In this document: one piece after another, positions 19,301 to 26,800 of the stretch
How the letters are laid out: each line of letters opens with the position of its first letter
Position numbering within the stretch: the first letter of the stretch is position 1
Assembly: GCA_044226015.1 (NCBI GenBank)
Contig: JBGAHS010000001.1
Location: 448,001-512,000, forward strand
Reading direction: 5' to 3'
DNA length: 64,000 bases
Source of the DNA: Candidatus Obscuribacteraceae bacterium
Lineage (GTDB): Bacteria; Cyanobacteriota; Vampirovibrionia; Obscuribacterales; Obscuribacteraceae
Translations under genes and position numbers: made by a program
The notes under the pieces: model-generated
The model's database searches: none
Told to the model about the DNA's origin: nothing
The model's input: only the letters and a program-made list of their open reading frames with translations

Positions 19301-20811
19301 ACCTGTCGAATTTCTGGAAAATAGAAACAAAGGTCCTCCAGCATATTTGGGTATGCTGCGCCGAGACCCGCCAGAACAAAGGCAAGTTTGCCTGGTTTCG
19401 ATGCTGCTTCGCCAGAATAATAAATGCCTGTATGCCCGCTTCCGGTTGGAATGGATTTCGTAGCTGAGTTAGCCAGATGTTCAATGGCAAGAGCCAGAAA
19501 ATCACAGAACTCTTCGAATGTTCCAGCAATGATGCTCAAAGCAAACTTGCTTTCATTACTTCGCTGTACGCAATTAGTTAAGTAGGCTGATTCCCAGAGG
19601 GGAAGCTGCGCCAACATGGACAAATTATTTTGTGCTTTTAGGAGTTCTTGAAGAAGTTCTTCTCTGCTACCAGCAGAGTAAACGAAAAGTTCGCTTGATT
19701 GCTTCAGTAATTTGTTGACTGTGATCTCATCTATGTCATTTCCCCTTTCGCTCAGGAGAATGCCCTGTCTTTCCAGGCTTATGTAAGCACGCCGAGGATG
19801 CGCAGGTTCGGCGGGAGATACCGGATGCACCCAGGGGCGGGCTGCTTGGGTTTGCAAAATTGTATCCGGTAGTTTTTCGTTGTCGAGCTGCAACTTGTAA
19901 GATTCGAATTTCGAAGATGGTATCACTCGTTGGTGCAGAGCAAGGCATGACGATATCACTGCCATAAGCGGCGTGATTAACTTACTAGTGTGTGACAACG
20001 CCATGGCGAGGGATGAGGCAAAGCAAATTTGATCGTGTTTTGTCCATACGGCATCTTTCTGTGGCATTTCGGCCGAAGCGCGAGAACAATAGTTTCTCAA
20101 TTGCTTAAATGCGCTGGATAATTTCGCTGACTCTAACCAACGAGCGTCGCAAGTTTCTATAAAAGAGACTGCGCTCACTTCTACGTTCAAGTCAGCAAAT
20201 CGACTTAGTTCGGTTTGAAGTGAAAACAAGCAGGCGTCGTCCTGATCTTCTGCGGAATCCTCCTGCACGCTAGCTATTTGTGCAAGAGCAGGATGCTCAG
20301 CATTGCCATATGAATGCTGTACGTTAGCGTAAGAATTCAGCTTATTAGCTTTGTTAGCGGTTGCAAGCAAAACGGCAGCTGCGCAATCTGCGCCCTCCAT
20401 TTTGTCAAATGAGCAGTCCAGGGCAAAATCACATTCGCCTCTGTCTAGCCAATTCAGCGCTTCTGCCAGGCTGTCTTCGCTGCTGTCATATAGCATGATT
20501 GTGAGGTCGCGCGAATAATTTGACTGGAAGTGCTCTTGCAATGCAAATGCAATTTGTCCATCATTTAAATAGTCTTCGGATAAGCTCACAAAAATTGCAG
20601 TGTTTTGCGGAATCTGTTTTAGCCCCGCGTCAGCGAATGCTTCAACGCAAACCGCGATTAAAGTCTCATCTGAACTCAGTGCTGCTTCCCGATTTTGCTC
20701 CACCCCTGTGCGAAGAGGTGAATAATAGGCTTGCACCAAATCATGGACTGAGTTAATCGTTTTCAGTCTGCACGCAAGTCCTATTGCAACATGTGGAAGA
20801 GCTGGTCTCAT
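16318..20811 (-). CDS. PKS/FAS accessory multidomain protein: degenerate KS - acyltransferase - dehydratase - 4'-phosphopantetheinyl transferase
   Basis: KS-like ends (VAIGLACRL; LHQRVIP, ARPWVHP..PRRA) without DxAC or catalytic His; AT GLGAAYPNM, GCSTGE, VPYHT; DH FLLDHAIGG, DPLLLD; PPTase GRIAAKDAV, ISISHS, GIDVE, WTAKEAAAK; ATGA overlap with upstream PKS. Confidence 0.85.
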   Translation of the reverse strand: MRPALPHVAIGLACRLKTINSVHDLVQAYYSPLRTGVEQNREAALSSDETLIAVCVEAFADAGLKQIPQNTAIFVSLSEDYLNDGQIAFALQEHFQSNYSRDLTIMLYDSSEDSLAEALNWLDRGECDFALDCSFDKMEGADCAAAVLLATANKANKLNSYANVQHSYGNAEHPALAQIASVQEDSAEDQDDACLFSLQTELSRFADLNVEVSAVSFIETCDARWLESAKLSSAFKQLRNYCSRASAEMPQKDAVWTKHDQICFASSLAMALSHTSKLITPLMAVISSCLALHQRVIPSSKFESYKLQLDNEKLPDTILQTQAARPWVHPVSPAEPAHPRRAYISLERQGILLSERGNDIDEITVNKLLKQSSELFVYSAGSREELLQELLKAQNNLSMLAQLPLWESAYLTNCVQRSNESKFALSIIAGTFEEFCDFLALAIEHLANSATKSIPTGSGHTGIYYSGEAASKPGKLAFVLAGLGAAYPNMLEDLCFYFPEIRQVFDFIERLALRAGDKTVPSRAIFPVAGSKQGSSPAMLATMDSAVITLILAQYAIYALLKKLDVNADVLIGCSTGEFTVMCMAEMVNLFQAAQTFYHLSTQVSRSVSVSQLANLKTIRVAASTDGKLKTVLDSMATPVYVGADLSETCVLISGTRDSIDLLSSKLKAESIEFLPLPVAVPYHTPLVAGKVSHESDEVQMLTMNAPSIESWSCSLASKYPESGAEIRKISTDLFEKTICLRQTIEKTYLEGSRIYVEAGPKGGLIPFISEVLKGKEHIALAADLQTRRGIDQFHVLLAKLIANGIHVNLMPLYHRRVDRDKFQLESLQVSNAIYQFMQWADNDLPSLVDLSDPTIAELANEIDQDLDPFVGDIGLPGDVMLTYLSTMQEFQQSLLNTQENLMLAYMQASQEEDFMRQYESISLPGSFAFIPSPALQSSNDAFVLQVQLDTNEHKFLLDHAIGGNVCSTEHSSRVHLLPLMVALEIMAEGASLIYPEQVVIRLRDIRAYKRIRCEQETLTLNLELRSSKENTVEARICTSDAEEDENNILASCVVEFDESLAAGPTKSEFSFDEARSSKLSPHSLYKQGSMFHGPRMQSVSSIDRVSRRSIEGTVDCRTADDWFTSQSVDKAKMVLDPLLLDNSSQFVLYQMYEHNIPAIALLPFHIDSIEFFEGYDGHYTGKRLHAQANLRSMTQRGTEARIELSNWDGQVLARVNDVSSRAILLSEKLENFIHDPAHFICSEYEIDKKEKNLAVSIINKSELPSDETTLDWLSDYILTPAEQSEWKRIGKAEKRRLDWICGRIAAKDAVRFYLRNYHGLKLKPADIEIRTALAGNAEAKFRAHISVDTKLLPQISISHSDSTAVAIAEAPEPQRFAGIDVEEIKERENGFIDLAFNKDELAWVNKLAVSEQARAIAVIWTAKEAAAKSHGTGFQGNPKFFEVIAQHGFQDVLQVKAKIPNDGNSGGIGSVYTCPVLVDESRRICIAYVRNFQGLD

Positions 20812-23800
20812 TTGCTATTTTCGTTTTTTGATTTCGCCAGTCGATTTAGAGACTTACTGCCTGTGCCGCCCAAGCCTTCGATAAGCATAATAAGTCTGCC
20901 TACTTCGTCATAAACTGCCAGGTCACAAAGCAATTCACCATTTTTGCTTTCATTAGGAACTTTCACTGTTGCATTGAAGTTCTTTCCAACAGGAGAGCTG
21001 AAAAGGTGAAGCGTCTTGAAACCTACTGGTAACACTGTGATGTCCATGTAATGGCGCGCCCAAATGCCTGCCAGCTGCATGGCACTGTCCATCAATAGCG
21101 GGTCGATGAGCCAGGATTCTTTTCCTGATTCTTTCAATGCTTGATTAATCGGAGTAGATTTCAGCTTGCCACTAATACCATTTTTGCCGAGAGCGTGAAT
21201 GTTGCTTATGCCCTGGAAGAGTGGTCCGTGGAACATCCAATTATCATAAATGAAATCAACCGTAGGAAGATCGCTCTCTTCATCGATGAAAACACTGGGC
21301 ACAAACTCAGTTGTGAAAAGTGAATCTGCCGGTAATTTTGCCGGAACGTCTCGGCGTGATAAGACGGCGCGGGCGATGAAGTTCTTGCGGCTCTGGTTTG
21401 TGCCAGTACTTAGCGACACGTTCACGGTTATGTCAGAATCAGTTCTTGATTCCTCTTGCAGTGAAATGTAGAGATCTTTAGCACCACTCTCAATTACGAT
21501 GCCCTGTGGAATGTCGAGTCGTACGAGTTTACGAAATTCGAATTCTGAGTATTTGAATTGGGCAGCTTCTGCTAATAATTCCGTTGCCACTGCCATCGGT
21601 AGCACCGGCATGCCGTTGAATGTATGGTCATTGAGGTAAGTGTCAATGTTAGTGTCAATACGCAGTCTTAGCAACATCGAACCTGCGCTGTCCTGTACGA
21701 CTTCAGCTCGATGAAGTCGTGCACCACGCGCCTTTATGTTTTGAGACGCATGTGCACCATTGCCGCCTATGTGAGCCGCTGTGCCGTTGGCTCCATTGCT
21801 GTCATCGTGCTTTTGGGGCAGCATTCCCACAAGAAGAACTTCGGCGTCGGCTTTCTTTCCGCTGCTCAGTTCCTGGTAGAAGTTTTTGCGTCCGTCCATT
21901 GCTTCAATCATTGACCAGCCAAAGCGGGCGAACACTGACTCAAGCTCTGCTTGTGCCATGCCACCTCTCCAGGGACCCCAACCGATGCTCAGCACACGAG
22001 CGTTAGAGCGATTATTTAGCTGTATTGCCAACTTGTTCAATACTTCGTTGGCAGCCACATAGTCTATTTGTCCAGCATTGCCAGTTCTGCCTACAACGGA
22101 GGAAAAGAGAACTAAGTACTTCAAAGAATCAAGATCAAGCCTGCTTGCTAGCGTGAGTGCTGCATCTATCTTCGTACTGAAAACTCTGTCGAATGATTCC
22201 AGCGATTTGTCTTTCAAGAATGCGTCTTCGATTACTCCAGCACCTTGAATTACAACGTCAATTTTGCCGAAGCTATCGTAGAGCTTATCTAACAAATTAG
22301 AGAATGCTGCGTGATCTCTCACATCTAATGAATAGTAGTGAACCTTTGCGCCTGTTGCTTCAATCTTCGCAAGATTGTTGCGAATTTCTCTATCTTTAAT
22401 CAGCTGCTGGTACACATGTTCTATTGCGGGAACAGACAGCGTCTTTCCTTCTTTTCGCAATCTATCCATGATTGCTGCTTTCAATTCTTTGACCGTGGAC
22501 AATCCTTTGTATTGGGGATCTTCCTGAGCCACAGGACGTGCTCCGCGTCCGATGATTACGAAGTGTGGTTTATGCTGTTCTGCGATTTCCAGGCAGAGCT
22601 CAGCGGTTATTCCACGTGCTCCACCTGTCACGAGCACGACTGAACTGCTGTCGAGATCAAGTTCTGCGCTTTCAGCGTCTTGAATTGGTGATGGAACCGC
22701 GACCGGTGTGAATCGTTTGCCATCTTTATAAGCAACTTCAACCTGACTCTTATCGGTATTTCCAAGCTCTGTAAGAACTGCCTGGGCAATCACGAATTTA
22801 TCATCAAGCTCTTCAAAGTCCAGGCATCGCGAGAGCGATGATGGAAATTCTCTTGAAATAGATTTGATCATTCCGGCGCTTGCTGCTTGAATCGGATTAA
22901 CTGGGTACTTTGATTCCAACCCGAAGCTGCCACCAAGGCTAGTGGCTGCAATTAATTTGAATCCTTCATTAGACTTCGCCAGAGGAACCAGAAGTTCCTT
23001 CACCGTGGTGAAAAGGCTTCTCGGTATCAAGTAGCCCTGTTCTTTTTCTTCACGTGACGGCGTAACTTGTTGACGTGCTGCTAGCGGAAGCAGGTGGATT
23101 AACCCAGCAATTCGCATTTGTTGCTTGCTAACAGCTGTGTTGAGGGCTTCAACTGCATGCTGACTGCAGAGATCTATTTCGAGTTTGCTTGAACTTGGCG
23201 AGATAGAAACTGCCACACCGGAATTGGGTTTGTGTTTGAGAATAAGTGTCTTGGCTCCGGCTGTTTTCAGCTTCGTTGCCACCATTTCTGCCAGCCCATC
23301 TTCAGAGTCGCTAATCAGATACAACCCAGTAAGGCTAATTGGAGATTTAGCCAGAGCCGGAAGTTCTTGCATTTTGACTAGAGCACGACCAATCAGGCTC
23401 TCTGTTTTCTTTGTTTGCGCTGCTCGCGTTTCTACCTTTGCAGAGCTGGCATTCGGGCGAGCTCTGCTTGGGTGCACCAGTTCGAGCACTTCAGGACGTG
23501 CGCCCTTAGCGAGGTCGGCCAGGTCACTGCGAATCCAATCGGTAATGCCAGAGAGCGTGCGCGTACCAGCTAACTTCTCGATACTTCCTTCAAGTTCATT
23601 TTGAATCTCTTCAGGTAACAGTTTTCGGAAGTTATTCAAAATTTCAACTCGTTTAATTGAGTCGATTCCAAGGTCAGCTTCCAGGTCGAGGCTTGGGTCT
23701 AGCATATCTGCGGGATAACCAGTGCGTTCTGAGACAATTTCGATAAGCTGAATGATCAACTTTTCGCTGTCTATCCCATGGCTGCCATTACCATTGCCGT

Positions 23801-26800
23801 TGCCACCATTGCCATTGCTCTTTGCTCCATTGGTACCAGCTGCGGTGTCATGGTGTATGTCGGAGCCGCCATCCTGGCGGCGATCCCCGGATCCGTTTCC
23901 GGATGCAGCTCCAGCTTGGGTAGTGGGTTGTGCTGTCGGATGTGTACCATTACCCGGTGTGTATGTTGCCGTCTGGGGCTTTGGCGTTTGCTGATTTGCA
24001 TTTTGCAAATCATTTGAATTCGCAGGCATGTGTTTTGTCTGCGCTGATTGCTGTGCTTGCAACGCAGAATTGTTAGCCATCAGGTTTTGAGCGTTGGCGC
24101 CGTTTTGCCCACCTCGTTGGAGGTAGCTCATCATTACCTTCTCTTGCGTTTGGAGGAATGAGTTCGTCATTTCAAGCATCGAACGCTGAAATTCCATCAT
24201 GACCTGAGCTTTAGGAGTGCCAGCCACTGCTGGCGAAGGCGGCTGCGAAATGGATTGAGCGCCTGAGCTAGTGTTTGGACGAAGTTCCGGTTGTGTAGAG
24301 CCATTCTTATGCGGTGGCGATACTTGTTGCGAGCCTGTTGCTGAATACGAACTCGCTTTCGGCGCGATGGATCCTTGCACTTGCGATGCTTTTGCAGCTG
24401 TCGAACTCGATGAAACTACGGGCTTTGCGGCTGGCGTTTGAGTTGTAATCTCTCTGGCATTGCTTTGGTTGTTGTCTGCGGCAAGTCTTGCGTGACGAAC
24501 TGCTTCCTCTGCTGGACGGTTCGCTGCCAGAGTGTTTTTGCCGTCAAATCGTTTGACATGCGATCCATTAATAAGGTACATGAGTTTTGGCTTTGATTTT
24601 TGAAGCGCCGATTTTTCAGGAAGAATATTCTCAACTCTGTGCTTATACAGCTTGGATTGATCCGCATCTACACCAGCTATTAACGCTTGCGCAATCAAAT
24701 GCTGCAGCTGAGTGATACCATGTTTTCCGTTTCTTTCCAGCGACAAAGTTAGGTGCTCTTTGCCATCAAGTATGTCAGAGACAAGTCCAGTGAGAACGGT
24801 GCCAGGACCGCACTCGACAAATATACGAGCACCAGCTTCGTACATTTGTTCAACCATCTGCTGAAACTCAACGGGTTTCACTAAATGATCGCAAAGCAAT
24901 GATGCAATTTGCTCTGGCTTACTTGGGTAAGGGTTAGCCAGCGTGTTTGAATACACTGGTATTTCAGGAGCATGAAGAGTCACATCAACAATGGCTTTTG
25001 ATAAGGCTTTGAGAGCTGGTTCCATAAGAGGTGAGTGGAAAGCAGCGGACACAGCAATGGGTTTTGACTTGACCTTGTTTTCATCAAGAACGCGGCTAGC
25101 TTCATCAAGCGCTGAAACTTCGCCCGAAATGATGCATTGCTTTGGAGAGTTTAAATTTGCAAGTGTGACATCCTTCAAATGTGCAATAAGACGTCGTACT
25201 TCGTTGCCGTTAGCCGCTACAGCTGCCATACTTCCCGACTTCTTCCCATTTGTCGATTTGAGAATATGACCTCTCGCTTCTGAAACTCTGAAGAGGTCAT
25301 CGGTATTCATTGTTCCGGCAGCGCATAGTGCTACGTATTCACCAAAACTATGACCAGCACACATGTCTGGTTTAATTCCGAGGTCTTCCATAAGGGAATA
25401 TGCAGCGATATCGGCCGCAGCAATAGCAGGTTGTGCTACGTGCGTGTCGGTCAGCATCGCTCTTTGTTGTTTACGACCGGTCTCGTTGAAGACCGGAGTT
25501 GGGAAGACAAATCGGCTCAGTTTCTGTGTGAACTTCTCTGCAAGAACGCGGTCTGCTGTTTCGAAAGTCTCTCTTACGCAGGCAAATGAGAGACTCAGAT
25601 CACCAAGCATGTTCAGTTGCTGCGAACCCTGGCCGGGAAATAAGAACGCAACTTTTCCAAAAGCTTCGTGAAGGCGCTCTTCGAAAAACACACCTCGTGG
25701 ATCTTTCAGGCTCTTCTTGCTTTCATCTTTAATCACAGATTTTGCAAGTTCCAATTTCTTGAGCAAGTCCTCGCCACTGCTTGCGATAACAGCAAGCGTG
25801 TGGTGATGGTGCTTAGTGTTTGCACAAGGGGGCATCGAACTTTGAACCAGATGGTGTCTGTAAGCCAACTCGAAAAGGCTGGCGATATCATGGTTACCTG
25901 ATGGTCCTCTGTGTTGGCTTGCGTTTTCCAACATCTTCTTGCAGTTATTTTCCAACGACTCAATTTGCTTTTCGAGTTGTGTTCTGCTTGCTGTACGCAG
26001 TGTAAATAGTTCAGTTGGGAAATCTCGCACTGCAGATTCTTGTCGGTAGTGCTTTTGACCTTCATATTCTTCCAGTACTGTGTGGAAGTTCGTGCCACCG
26101 AAGCCGAATGCACTAACACCAGCTCTGCGTGGATGCTGCAACTCTTGCTTGTTGTGAATCCAGGGGCGCACTTCAGTGTTAATAAAGAATGGCGAACTTT
26201 CAAAGTTGCATGCTGGGTTCGGATTCTCCACACCCATAGTTGGAGGAAGAACTTTATGGTAGAGAGCCCGAGCCACTTTAATTACAGAAGCAAGACCTGC
26301 GGCGCACTTCGTATGCCCAATCATTGTTTTTACTGAACCAAGGGCACATACCTGTTGTGCTGCTTCGTGTTCTTCAAAAACTCGGCGTAATGCTTCGAAC
26401 TCGGCTTTGTCACCAGCCACGGTGCCTGTGCCGTGAGCTTCTACGAGTCCGACGGTAGATGGTGAAACGCCAGCGTCATCGTAAGCGCGCTCGAGCGCGA
26501 CCATCTGCCCTGCTGGTCGCGGAGCTGTAAGGCTGAGATCTCTGCCATCGGATGAACCGCCGATGCCGCGAACAAGTGCGTAAATTCTGTCGCCATCTCT
26601 TTCAGCATCTGACAATCGTTTCAACACGAGTACAGCCATTCCCTCGCTGATGACGATGCCGTCTGCGCTGGCGTCAAATGTTCGGCAACGACCACGAGGC
26701 GAGAGTGCATGCGTCTTGCTGAAACTCAGGAAGTCGCCCGGTTGATTATGGGTGTCTGTCGCAGCTAGAAGCACCATGTCGCTAGAACCGGCTCTCAACT

